Assembly: GCA_951406725.2 (NCBI GenBank)
Contig: OX597835.1
Location: 124,001-188,000, forward strand
Length of the DNA: 64,000 bases
DNA from: Octopus vulgaris
Taxonomy: Eukaryota
Direction: 5' to 3'
In this document: one piece after another, positions 11,953 through 27,791 of the stretch
Layout: each line of letters opens with the position of its first letter
Numbering within the stretch: position 1 is the stretch's first letter
Position numbers and translations under genes: made by a program
The notes under the pieces: model-generated
What the model saw: only the letters and a program-made list of their open reading frames with translations
Database searches by the model: none
What the model was told of the DNA's origin: nothing

Positions 11953-13363
11953 TATTGGGTAGCCCATAAATAATACTGTTTTTATATACTTAATTTAATT
12001 TTCTAAATTAAGATAAAGTTCCTTCTTAATCTAACACAATACTCTTCCATCTACCTGGTACACTTGCAAGGCCCCTCTTCCAAAATTCACTTGTCCATGA
12101 CAAAAAATACTCCTCCAGTACTGTTGTGACCTTGTCTACAAAATTCATATTGTTTCCATCCAAATGATTTTGAAGACAGTAGAATAAATGATAATCAGAT
12201 GGGGCGATGTCTGGTGAATATGGTGGGTGGGGCATGATTTCCCATTCAAACTGCTCCAGCCTTTGGAATGTCATCCTCACTGTATGTGGTTGAGCACTAT
12301 CCTGATTGAAGAACACCTTTCATCTTGAAACCAAAGATGGTTGTTTTTCTTCCAGTGCTGACTTCAGCCACTCAAGTTACACACAGTAGATCTCCTCTGT
12401 TATCCTCTGGTTTGGGTTTAAAAGTTCAAAGTGGACTAAACTTTTCATATCCCACCAAACAGATAACACCTTACATGGACGAAGATCTTTAGCCTGGGGT
12501 GCTGGTGCTTGTCCTTTCCCTACCCACTGTCTTTGGTGCTTCACATTTTTATACAGAACCCATTTCTCGTCATCAGTCACTATTCAGTCCAAAAAAGTTC
12601 ATTCGTGAGATGTGACAGCAGAGAAGAACACAGAAAGTTTGTGAGGAACCCATTGACCCAATTTGCTGATGTCGATGAATGATTGAATGACCAAGTCCAA
12701 GCTTCTCTGCTAGATCCTCAAAAGTTACAATGAGATTTTGTTCCACCAGGGTTGGCAGGATGTCCTTGTTGAGCTCTACAAATCTTCCTGGACAAGGCTC
12801 ATTTTCTAGGCTGTAGTTTCCAGCTCAGAATTTCTGGAACCACTGTTGCCACTGGTTTATGTTAATTGTCCGATCCTCATATACTGCATTAATATTCCTT
12901 GCACTTTCCATTGCAGTGTTACCTTTATTAACCCTTTAGTGTTCAGATTACTCTGTTAAATGTAATAATTTTTCACTCAAATTGTTTTTAATTAATCCTG
13001 GATCATCTTACAGTTTTGAGGTTTCAACGATGTGATTGTTTATTTTTGAAGTGTTAATGTAAGTTAAGTGCGAGAGGCTAGATATGGCCAGTTTGAATAT
13101 AAAACATTTAGAATATTTAGGCCGGATATGGCCGGTTTGAACACTAAAGGGTTAAACTCATAATGCAAAATATGCTCCTTTGTCACTTCCATTATAACTT
13201 TGAAAAAATAAATGTTAAAATCACCACACTGAAAACTTGCACTAAGAATAAGAACACGGTAAATTTACTGCCTGCTTTTATAGCAAGTTGATGCAGGTAG
13301 TTTATACTGTCCCCCTCCAACTTTTAGTTCATGCAGTTGCAAAACCTGCATTATTAATGGGAT
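11953..13363 (-). mobile_element. Degenerate mariner element interrupted by a MITE
   Basis: MEVTKEHILHYEFNKGNTAMESARNINAVY, TDDEKWVLY and HPPYSPDIAPSDYHLF; TIR-like TATTGGGTAGCCCATAAATAAT at about 11953. Confidence 0.88.
12928..13155. mobile_element. TTAA-flanked piggyBac-type MITE (220 bp plus TSD)
   Basis: TTAA-CCCTTTAGTGTTCA...TGAACACTAAAGGG-TTAA; removing it restores the mariner reading frame. Confidence 0.85.
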
Positions 13364-13533
13364 GAAATGCTTGACATACAAAAGTAGAAAAACAGCCAAC
13401 TGATGAAGGGTCATTCTTTATGTTGTTTGTCTTGTTTTCCATTTGTATCTTTTGTTGTTCGAAAAAATAGTTCATATCCCATGTACTCATACTTTGTATT
13501 TTTTTGTTGTACATACTTCATGATGTCCTGTGC

Positions 13534-13568
<35 letters not shown>

Positions 13569-13766
13569 AATTGGTAGTAGTTTAATAAATTATGTGATTG
13601 GGTATTATCTGGTAGTTGACCATTGATTAAGATGTGTTTCTCCATTTTCTTATTTTGTATATATATATATACATATATACATACATATATATATATACAT
13701 ATATACATACATATATATATATACATATATACATACATATATATATATACATATATACATACATAT

Positions 13767-13811
<45 letters not shown>

Positions 13812-13855
13812 TACATATATATATATATACATATATACATACATATATATATATA

Positions 13856-16592
13856 TTTTTTTTTTTTTTTTCTAGTTTCAGCTCAGAGCTGCGACCATGC
13901 TGATGCACCGCCGTTTTGTGCTACACTGTTATTGGGATGAACCTCGTCTAATATGTGGCACTTGGTGAAGAATGGAGTTTGATACAGCTACTCTCATTTG
14001 CACCTCTTGCCGTGAGGTAGGTTCATCTGGGACTCTTGACAGGAAGATGTCCAGCTTTGATTTAAAAACCGCTACATCTACTTTGTGCAAGTTCCTCAGA
14101 CTCTTTGGGAGAATATTAAAAAGCTGTGGGCCCTTGAAACCCAGACTGTTGCAGAAGCTGGTCCTGAAGCGTGATGGCATTGCTGGGATCTTTGGCACTA
14201 TGCAGTATTGTCCCGTTCTAGCATTGGTGTAGCTTACAATGCCAAAATTTGGCACAATTCCTTCCAGGATCTTCCAGACATATATTACTGCATACCTCTC
14301 CTGTCTTCTCTCCAGGGAGTAGAGTCTTAGCTGTTTCAACCTTTCCCAGTAGCTGAGCTGTTGCAAAGAGACGATCTTCTTTGTGAATCTTCTATGGATT
14401 GCTTCAAGGTCCACTGTTAATTTTACACTGGTGGGTGACCATGGCTGTGAGCAGTAATCCAGGCGACTGAGGACGAATGTCCGCCAGAGGACCATCATGG
14501 TTTCCTTATCTCTGGTTCTGAATGTTCTTAGGATCCACCCAGCCAGTCGTCTGCACTTTGTCGCCATCCTGGTAATGTGCACTTGGAAAGAGGTATCATC
14601 ACTCATGTCGATACCCAGGTCCCTCACAGACTTAGGCTCTGGGATTGAAATTCCCTGTGGACCAGTGTATCCTGTAAGTTTAATATTCAGTTTTGGATGC
14701 TGGTAGCGCAGGGCCTGGAATTTTTCAGCATTAAACTGCATATTATTATCCTCAGCCCATCTGTAGATTGAGTCCAACTCCTGCTGCAGGTGTGCAACAT
14801 CGCTGGGGTTCTGTATTTTCTGCGAGACTTTCATATCGTCTGCATAGCTGGCTAGAGTGGCTATCCGGGCATTTGAGGGCATATCTGAGAGGGCCACTAT
14901 AAAAAGCAGTGGTCCCAAGACAGTGCCCTGTGGAACACCGCTCACTATTTGTGTGTTCATAGAGGTGGCTCCATTAACCACTACTGCCTGACTCCTATCT
15001 TTCAGGAAGTCATGCAACCACACTCCAAGTTTTCCAGCTATGCCGAGGTCATGTAGTTTGTGGCATATCATACCATGATCCACCTTGTCAAAAGCTTTTG
15101 CAAAATCAAGGTAGATTATGTCCACATTTGATTTGTTGAGTAACTGCTCAACACCCAGTCATAATGCTGTAAGAGCTGGGTCAGGCAGCTCATACCTGGT
15201 CGAAAACCATGCTGGGTATTACTCAGCAAGTTATTTTCCTCAAGGAATGCGATTAGTTTCTTTCTGACTATCCTTTCCATGACTTTGCTGATGTGTGAAG
15301 TCAGAGAGATAGGCCTATAGTTTTTGGCATCTGCTCTACTTCCCCCTTTATGTATTGGGCATATTATTCCCTCCTTCAGCTTGCTTGTCAGTTTGCCATT
15401 CACAAGAAAGCTCTGGAAGAGAATCTTGAGGGGTTTTGCCAGGGCATGCTTACACACTTTGAGGAGGATGGCTGGGAAACCGTCTGGACCAGCAGCTGAG
15501 TTTGTGTCCACTTCATCTATGGCTAGTAGGACATCTTTTTCGCTAATGTCAATACATTCTATTGTAACTACCTCACTGGTTATAGGTGAGGCGGCAAAGA
15601 AGTCCACTGGTTCGTTCACTTGTCTGTGTTCCAATGGGGTAGTAAAGACACTTTTGAACTGGTCATTCAGCATCTCACTGATCATAGTTGGACTGTCTGT
15701 GAGGGAGTCATCCTTTTGGAGGAGGGGTCATATCTTGTAGTGCACTGAGACTGTTTCTTTCGCGTAATGAAAGAAGGCCTTTGGGTTTGATTTAATGTTT
15801 TTTATAACCCAGGCTTCTTTGTCTGCTTTCTCCTTCACATAGGATTGTTGCAGCCTTTTTTCGATCTCCATCAGTGTTGTTTTTAGGCGGGACATTTCGC
15901 TACTTTTGGGATGTTGGTTGAGACGATTTGCAACCTTCGTCCGTCGTCTCATGAGGATCTTCCTGTCTCTTGGAATCTTGCTCCTATTTGTTTTGGCCTT
16001 GTGCTCTGGGACATATTTCTGGCATACGGCTTGCACAGAAGACATGAAACATTCTAGTTTCATGTCAATGTCTGGTGTGGAGAGACATTCCGGCCAGTCC
16101 TCTCTGAGGATCTCTTTTTGGATCGATTTCCAATCTGCTTTGTGGAAGTTCAGATTGGAGAGATTTCGGGTGCTTCCTTTAGGCTGTATGTCTCTGGTTA
16201 CTTTCGGCCCAAACATAGACAGCTCTATTATGTTGTGATCCGAAACTGATGTCGGTGTCACTTTCACATCATGAATGATGCCCATATTGTTCGTGAAGCA
16301 GAGATCCAGAATGTTATTCGCCCTAGTTGGCTTGAGTACAACTTGCTCCATGAATAAGGCATTGGTGAGGTTGAGCAGGGACTCCATCTGTACTTGCTTG
16401 CAATGATTCATTCTTGAGAGTATGTGACCTTCGGGCCATTTGACGTTGGGGAAGTTGAAATAACCCATAAGAAATATGGTCACGTGGTGTTCCAGATTCA
16501 TGAGGATTTCTTCAATTCTTGTGAGGCAATCTTCAAACTTGCCTATGTGATTTGGGGCATCCGGTGGGCAATATGTATTGCATATGACTATA
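13856..16592 (-). mobile_element. CR1/L2-group LINE ORF2 (partial APE endonuclease plus RT), frameshifted, with poly-A tail
   Basis: ORFs 15728..16501 ([21 protein letters not shown]), 15116..15685 (AGPDG, NYRPISLTS) and 13929..15125 (RT with YADD); poly-T on the + strand at about 13856-13871. Confidence 0.95.
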
Positions 16593-16598
16593 TTATGT

Positions 16599-19880
<3,282 letters not shown>

Positions 19881-20099
19881 CACAAAAACAATCCAATTTT
19901 GTGCATGCATGCTATACACACAAATGGGTCTGACCAACGAAGAAACAAGAATGAATCTGGCTCCCCTGGGTGAAACCAGAGACATGGCATTGGTGTTGCT
20001 AACATGGCATTGGTGTTGCCACATCCATTAAAAGTTGAACTTTCTATTACTAGACAATAAAATAGTTCATTTTTTTTTTCTTTCCAGCAATTATCTTTT

Positions 20100-20880
20100 A
20101 TTCAAAATATGAATAGGAATATATTTAACAAAAGAAAAACAAGAAAAAAAAAATAAAAGAGAAAGAAAAACAAATATCAATGCATCACCAAGTGCTTCAG
20201 TTGGTTCCACATTACAAGGTTCAAGGGAACCTACTGAAGCTAGACAGCACACTTGCAATATTATCATGGGTGATGGCGACACTAAGACGTTGGAACAGCT
20301 AAGCATTCTCACAGACATCACCTGACACTTCGGTGGGGCAAGCTGCCAATGATGACAAGAACTTCACCGTTAGTGGCCCATTCCCTCCAGAGATCTCAAA
20401 ATGCCACGGGCTGGAAGAGATAGTTCATTGCCTGGTCCCAATACTTCAGAGTTTTGTTCCATTCCACTATGAGAGTAGTGACCCTCCCATTTACTGCAGC
20501 ATCCAGGGTGTGGGAGGGAACAAGAGCCAGTCTGTGATGTCTCAAATAAGGCATCTACTTCTTACAGAGGGTAAGAACATCTGGTCTCTTCCCATCATGT
20601 CTGAATAATCCTGCTGGCTCCAGAGCTGAGGGGATATTAAACCAAATCAGGGCCCACTTAATGATTAAATTTAGCTCAGTGTGATGAGCGAAATGACTAG
20701 CATTTAGGTGACAAGACAGATCATGAAAAACTGTGGAATTGAGGGGCCTATCACAGGGACATCTTAGTTCCCTACAGACGTCAGCTCCCAATCTAAGTGC
20801 AATAGAGATGCAAACCTCAGCAAAACACTTGTTGATTTCAGAGTGCTTCCACTATCTACAGCAATTCTACCTTGAGGTAC
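20100..20880 (-). mobile_element. Degenerate CRE-like (RLE-type) non-LTR retrotransposon 3' fragment
   Basis: C.C....HDLSC...HFAHHTELNLIIKWAL...LEPAGLFRHDGKRPD: zinc knuckle followed by the restriction-like endonuclease RPD motif. Confidence 0.7.
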
Positions 20881-21984
20881 TTAATACGAGATGCTCATGG
20901 CTTACTTGAATTATTTTACTTCGTATCCTATACCCTACTGTCGCATGTTAAAAAGGTAGCGGTGGGGAATGATAATATTACTGTAGATCACCCTCAAATG
21001 ACAAGGTGGTCACGGTCGGATTTCCTTTTCATAATAGGCCGGCTCGATCAAGATTGGCATGGGGCTAAACAAATAACACCAACTTAGAGATACTTGCGAA
21101 CACGAACAGCTGGATTCTAGGGTGTTTTATTTTGCAGTACCTTATATACTCGGCCATTCACAACGACGTAAAGAAACGAGGGAAGCCATGGTGTGTTTGA
21201 TAGACAAACCAATCCCAGCAGGAGCTGAACTCGGCGATCAGATGAAAAATCTAAACTAGTTCTCAACTGCCAAAGACGTCTGGTATGAACGAACACTTAA
21301 GTGGCCATTCGACTGGGAAAAACAGTTGCCAAACCTCCTTTAAACCATACTCTTAAGTCGTTGAACAATGAGAGAGAAAACATTAGACAATGTTGTCTTA
21401 GGTAAGTCGGCATTGTTTCGTTGAATCAGGTAGGAAAAATGATAGCTTGGAGATCATTAACGAAACTTTGCCGACAAGTATTAATGGGCGGAATGATCAT
21501 TGCTGGAATACTTCTAATCATAGGTCTGTTCAATCAGGGCAGACCTAGGGTTAAACAATACAAAGCGACATACACATACACGCAGTGGTGGGTATATATA
21601 TATCATTGCACAAATAATATATTCAGATTTATTATATTAAATATATCTTTGCTTTATCCATAAACATACATATAATTTAAGCCTCTTCTAAACGAGTTAA
21701 TAATTTGCGTATGTATGCATTCCATGTTCGTAGGACGTCCAAACCTTCTCCTAAATACCGAGAAACTTTGGGGTACATACAAATGAATTGAAATAAAAGC
21801 AATCGAAAATAAAACCTGGCTGTAGATTTAGTCAGCCAGGAGCCTTTTAATTCTTTGCAATAATATATTTTTTAATTTTACGAATGGTAACAGGGATAGC
21901 AGGAAGATATAAAAAACAAAACTGCTATTTAATTTATTAAAAATCTAAAAAGACACCAAAAAAGCATAATGTAATTTACTTTAC

Positions 21985-22125
21985 CTGTTTGTATCTTGCA
22001 TAGAAATATAACATTTTCTTCGTTCCCAAATCAGTCCCATACTGGCGAATATAATGAGCTGCTTTGTTAAACTTCAAACACAGGGAATCCTCTTTCTGCA
22101 GGTTCGAGTTTATCTCAGTTTCCAT
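21985..22125 (-). CDS. ACBD6: ACBD6-like coding exon 1 (N-terminal part of acyl-CoA-binding domain)
   Basis: Hand translation from ATG at 22125: METEINSNLQKEDSLCLKFNKAAHYIRQYGTDLGTKKMLYFYARYKQ (ACBP motif LYxxYKQ). 141 nt, ends at CAG|GTAAAG donor, phase 0. Confidence 0.92.
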
Positions 22126-22139
22126 AGCTTTTCGATCCT

Positions 22140-22535
22140 GTTCAGAAAGTCAAGGTTTCTCTCTTTCTTTCTCTTTTTATTATACAATTTATTATATAAT
22201 TTATAACGCGTTACTTTCAATTAAAAGGAGATATTTTCTCACTTGTGCACAAACGCATACAAGCACACACAAGACACTCACACACAAAGACTATCTTTCT
22301 CTCTCTCTCTCTCTCTCTCTCCTTTTTCTGTCATGCATGCGCACGAGCAGATTAGATAGAATAGATAGATAGATAGATACACTTATTGCTTCTCTCTCAA
22401 GAATGCACTGATTATATATGGATCCCGTTGGAATTAAAGCACTTCTTGGAATGTGCGTTTCCGATAACAATCCAAGTCGGGAATAAAGCTAAGCACGCAA
22501 ACGTGCTTATACAAACATACCAACATTTTATATTT

Positions 22536-22592
<57 letters not shown>

Positions 22593-22920
22593 GCGACGAG
22601 AGTGGATTTTTTTTAATATGATAAAATATATAATTATGCACGTGCATATAAATGTTTCGAATATTTTAAAATCAATATAGACATTTGGTCACAAGAGTTT
22701 CCATTTTATATTACGTTACGGGGAAGGCAACACGCTCTTGCCATGTTGCAGGTTACTTAAAACTAGAAAATTAGAGTGACACAAACAGAAAACCACGAAT
22801 ACGAAGCGGTGGCTTCCTCTCAGCGGTACATATTTAATCGTGTCACGTGATAAAACTTGGCTATGCGCCTTTAGTGGTGCGCGCGCGCACACGAAACGAA
22901 AATGAGCCAAGCGAAGCATC
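22140..22920. promoter_or_regulatory. CpG-rich putative promoter or 5' region of ACBD6
   Basis: Directly upstream of the ACBD6 ATG. E-box GTCACGTGAT at about 22842, a (GC)n run at about 22879 and NRF1-like GCATGCGCA at about 22335. Confidence 0.4.
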
Positions 22921-22999
22921 TTAGGGTGGTAAGATAAATAAATGTGAATAAGCAGGAAAGGAATACACACACACACACACACGGTCATCCAGTTGCATG

Positions 23000-24300
23000 A
23001 AAACCAAGATCAAATCAGATACAACGTTGTTTCCAAGATTTTTACCTGACGGTAACGGTTAAAACAAGGCTATCCTTGCACCATCTTTTTCAGTGTTGAA
23101 GTCAACATCTATTTCCATTCCTGTATTGACGGCAGCCTTTTCAACCCGAGGCGCCAGCAAGTTCCTACAAAACCACTGGAACATTTCATCCATGGATTAC
23201 TCTTTGCAGACGATGCCGCCCTTCTTGCCCATGCAAAGACAGTTCTACAACACATCACCTTTTGGTTTGCAGAAGTTTCTCGGTACTTTGGCCAAGAAGT
23301 CACTTTTCCATCAACCTGCACACAGCAAGAATACTTATTTCTTTACTACCCACAAGGGGCTAAACACAGAGAGAACAAACAAGTACAGACACACGGATTA
23401 TATCGACCACAGTGCGTAACTGGTACTTATTTAATCGACCCCGAAAGGATGAAAGGCAAAGTCGACGTCGGCGTAATTTGAACTCAGAACGTAACGAGCA
23501 AGAATACTGCTTCTCTCACAATGCCATCGAGGAAACTGAACTAAAGACAATCAACGAGTTTGCCTACCTAAGGCGCACCATTACATCAGATGGCAAAATT
23601 GACGGGGAAGCTGACAACAAACTGGCGAAGGTGAATGGTGTATTCGGTAGATGTACAAAGAGTCTGGAACCATAACCATCTGAAGAAATTGCATCAGGAT
23701 CAGTGTATGCAGAGCCGTCATGCTGCACACCCTTTTGTACAGTTCAGGGTGGTGGGTCATCGATCAGCATCACCTAAGAGATACATTCGGTACTGCCATC
23801 GCATCATCCTCACCATCCTGTGGAGTGATTTTTGTCGCTAACATGATGGTGAAGGTCACCAGCATTTCAGCAACTCTGTTGAAAACACGTTACCAGGAAG
23901 GAGGATCATCGATTTCTCAAAATCAGCTTTATAATGAATTCTCCTCCGATCATCTTGATAAAAAAAAGTCTCAAAGAAGAGGTTTGAGAACTCCATAAAG
24001 AAATCCTTCGGCGCTTGTCACGTTGATCTCCACCCGTGATCTCTTCTTGTCGCTGACTGTGAAGTCTAGCGTCTCACTGTCCTCCGGGCAACAGCCTCTT
24101 TTGGAGATACCCGCAGGACCATCCTTGCAGACAAGAGAAAGAGGGATAACAAGGACGTTGTGAACAACCCTGATCAGCACGTTTTCCTATGCGGCCTCTG
24201 CAGTCGTGCTTGTTTGTCCCGCATAGGATTGGTCGGCCATCATTAAGCCTGCAACAGACATGAATACCCTTCTCTGTAAATATTCACTCTTGAAGAGAAA
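23000..24300 (+). mobile_element. Degenerate RTE (BovB-like) LINE with a SINE inserted at about 23340-23500
   Basis: KQG, LLFADDAALLAH, FAYL..TITSDG.ID and C-terminal CGLCSRACLSRIGLVGH. Confidence 0.75.
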
Positions 24301-25682
24301 CTAAATGTAACTGATGGGTGCAGTTTATTTTCAAACAGTGCCATTGATTGATTGTTCTCTTAAAACAGCATGGATGTGGCTTTTCAGCCATGCTAGGGAC
24401 TTACACTCTTTCGCACAGGTGTGGAAACGATATTGTGCCCCTTTCAGCAAATGCTCAGAGAGCTTACCACCCACACTAGCATACACCTTCATTGCGTAAT
24501 GGAATTTTTCATTAAATCTTTTGCCTTTTTCGATTACGGTCCATCAAAGTATGCAACACATACTACAGATGTTAAAACTTAAGTGATACCTGTGTCTGAA
24601 GCTTTTTTCATAAAGTGAAGGAAATCCTCACACAGGGCCAGTCTCACTTCGCATGCATTTGCTTATAAAAAATAACTATTCTACATTATAGGATGTAAAC
24701 GAAGTCGCAGGTGTTACGTCAGAGCTTTCTTTCTCTTAGCTACCTACTTCATCATATAGCATTCCCCATCTTTATTAATTCTTTCTTAATTTTGGCACAA
24801 GGCGAGAAATTTTTAGGGGAGCTGGCAAGTTGATTAGATTAACCTCAGTACGTAACTGGTACTTATTTTATCGATTCCAGAGAGCTGAAAGGCAGAGTTG
24901 ACCCTGGTAGAATTTGGATTCGACGTAACAAGTCGGAAGGAATACTGCTAAGCGTTTTGTCCGACGTACTTAAGATTCTACTAACTCGCTGCTTTCCCCC
25001 ACTTTTATTAACGAGGAAATAAAAGTGAATTTTCCCTCATATAATTCTTTTCGCCATGAGGTTGGGCAAATTTCAATAGCTGGAAACCATCTTAGTTGAC
25101 CATAAATTTTCAATCTTCACAGTTCCTCCACTCCCGCTCATATTGGGGATGTGACCACCTCTTATAAGAAATACTGAGCTGCTCGGTAAAATCTCTCATC
25201 GACCTGCCGTTGATGATATCTTAGACAGGAGTAGATATGCGCACGCGTGGGAAAGACAGAGACTGCATGCATGTGTACGCATACTTGTGCACGCGCGCAC
25301 ACACACTCAGTTGGAAAGGGAATGGGTGAGAGAGAAAGAGCACCTGAAAATGGTTGGACAAAATGCTGAACGAAATTAATTGTAGATCCATAAAATGTCA
25401 TCTACTATATCACTTTTAATTAGCCTAACGAATTCCTATTAGTTTAATGATAATGTACATTAAAAGGGACGCGACATCCCTCAAAAAAGTTATTTGTAAG
25501 TATTGATTGATTTCCAATGAAATCTATGGAAATTACTTGGAACTCCAACTTCCCGTAGTTGTTAATGTTTACCTGTGGATCAGTCTTGGTCGAGCAGGCA
25601 TACGATCAAATATATTTCAATCATGACCATCTATTTTTTTTAATCAAACTATATCTAGAAATACTTGTTTTCGTTTTTTCTT

Positions 25683-26291
25683 CTCTCTCTAGTTTCAGCT
25701 CAGAGCTGCGGCCATACTGATGCACCGCCGTTTTGCTACGCTGTTATTACTAAGAGCCTCCTCTAATATGTGGCACTTGGTGAAGAATGGAGATTGATAT
25801 AGCTACCCTCATTTGCACCTCTTGCCGTGAAGTAGGCTCATCTGGGACTCTCGACAGGAAGAGGTCCAGATTTAATTAAAAAGCCCCTACATCTACTTTG
25901 TGCAAGTTCCTTAGACTCTTTGGGAGAATATTAAAAAGATATAGGCCCTTGAAACCCAGGCTGTTGCAGTAACTTGTTCTGAAGCGTGATGGCGTTGCTG
26001 GGGTCTTTGGCACTATGCAGTGTCGTCCCGTTCTAGCATTGGTGTAGCTTTCAATACCAAAATTTGGCACTATTCCTTCCAGGATCTTCCAGATATATAT
26101 TACTGCATACCTCTCCCGTCTTCTCTCCAGGGAGTAGAGTCTTAACAGCTTCAGCCTTTCACAGTAGCTGAGCTGTTACAAAGAGACGATCTTCTTTGTG
26201 AATCTTCTATGGATTGCTTCAAGGTCCACTGTTAATTTCACACTGGTGGGTGACCATAGCTGTGAGCAGTAATCCAGGCGGTTGAGGACGA
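25683..26291 (-). mobile_element. CR1/L2-group LINE 3' fragment (same family as 13856-16592)
   Basis: Highly similar to 13870-14478; PNFGIESYTNARTGRHCIVPK. Confidence 0.88.
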
Positions 26292-27134
26292 TACACGTTG
26301 TGTATCTCTCTATATTTTTTAAAGTTGATAGTGTGAGAATTTGCGGGTGATTTGACTGCTACATTTTGCAGGCAACTGGTGCAACAACATGGAATTTTTC
26401 TTCATTGACTCGATTTTCCAAAGTTGTTGCTATTTAGCCCTCTGTCAGTCCTGATCGAGAAGAACTATGATCGGGGTCATTACCTAAGTGAACATTCAAT
26501 GAGCTTCATCTTTTTTTTTTTTTTCAACGTCATGTATCTGGGACCACATTAACTGATGTGTTATCCCCTTCTCCACTTTTAAGACGATAATGCATGATAT
26601 GATTGTTATTTCTTGCAGATTTTAACGACCACGATGCATTTCACTTGTTGGTTGACCCAGCAGACCTATAATGAAAGACAGGCTAGCCATAACCATCCCG
26701 TTTCTTGTATATCTAAGACTACACTGTCCAATACATCCTTTCTGTTTTGAGGGGATCGGGTGTGATTTGAGAAAGATTTGATGGATATTGCTAACAGATC
26801 CAACGACTACGCTGAGGCTTCTTCGTCGGCTCCCGAATAGTGGTTTTGCTTAAAGTCAGTGTTGGTTGAGTATTTCGATGGTCAAAGACGTTCCAACCGT
26901 GACCGTACACCTCTTTTTTTCCCCCAGACTTATCCTACCTTGAATTATAAGTGGAACTCCGTCGGTTACGACGAAGACGGTTCCATTTGATCCGATCAAC
27001 GGAATAATAGCCTGCTCGTGAAATTAACGTGCAAGTGGCTGAGCACTCTACAGACACGTGTACCCTTAACGTAGTTCTCGGGGAGATTCAGCGTGACATA
27101 GAGTGTGACAAGGCTGGCTCTTTGAAATACAGGT

Positions 27135-27308
27135 ACAACAGAATCAGGAAGAAAGTTGTGGTGCAAGAGTACAGTAGGGGTTCGCCAGCAGCCCCTGCCG
27201 AAGGCTCGTGGAGCTTTAGGTGTCTTCGCTCACTAGATATTCACAACGCCCGGTCTGGGAATCGAAACCGCGAGTCCGCTGCCATAACCACTGGGCCATT
27301 GCGCCACC
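27135..27308 (-). mobile_element. tRNA-derived SINE, 5' part (family of 53688-54000)
   Basis: Minus strand reads GGCGCAATGGCCCAGTGGTTA...GGTTTCGATTCCCAGACCGGGCGTTG...CACCTAAAGCTCCACGAG. Confidence 0.75.
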
Positions 27309-27530
27309 ACTCTTGAATTATATAATACAGTGTATCCTTTCCCTTTTAAGTAGACGGTGTGATTTGAAGGAGAATAAGCTGCTATTTCTAGCAGATCAAA
27401 CAATAGAGGCTTGCTAGCGAGCTCGTGACAGAAAAGTAGCATTAGAGTTATTTCCCTTCGATGTACGCTTTTGAACTTGACTGAATTCTAATAAAACTTT
27501 CGGTGGTGAAAAGCTCGTTATTGACACGGC

Positions 27531-27791
27531 ATGCGGCGGGAACCTAAAAGGAGATCTTTTAACTTTGTCAACTTAATTAAAGGTGCAGTTGTTGCGGAAT
27601 TAGCTTTCTTCTTTGCTTCGTATGGAGTATGGTGGAAAATGAACAAGAGTCAGGACTTTCGATATACGATGTATAACAAATTTCCGTCCGCTTTAAAATT
27701 GTACTATTGGACTATCGAGAAATCTGGACAGGTGAACACACGGAAAAAGGATTATCGAGTCTGGGGAATTGAGAGCGACGATCGCCTTTAA
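27531..27791 (+). CDS. CEBPZOS: CEBPZOS-like small membrane protein, 86 aa, single coding exon
   Basis: Recalled similarity to human CEBPZOS: KGAVVAEL..F.SY..W.KMNKSQDFRYTM..KFP..L..YY...EKSG....R..D...W. One hydrophobic segment; intact ATG to TAA. Confidence 0.85.
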   Translation: MRREPKRRSFNFVNLIKGAVVAELAFFFASYGVWWKMNKSQDFRYTMYNKFPSALKLYYWTIEKSGQVNTRKKDYRVWGIESDDRL

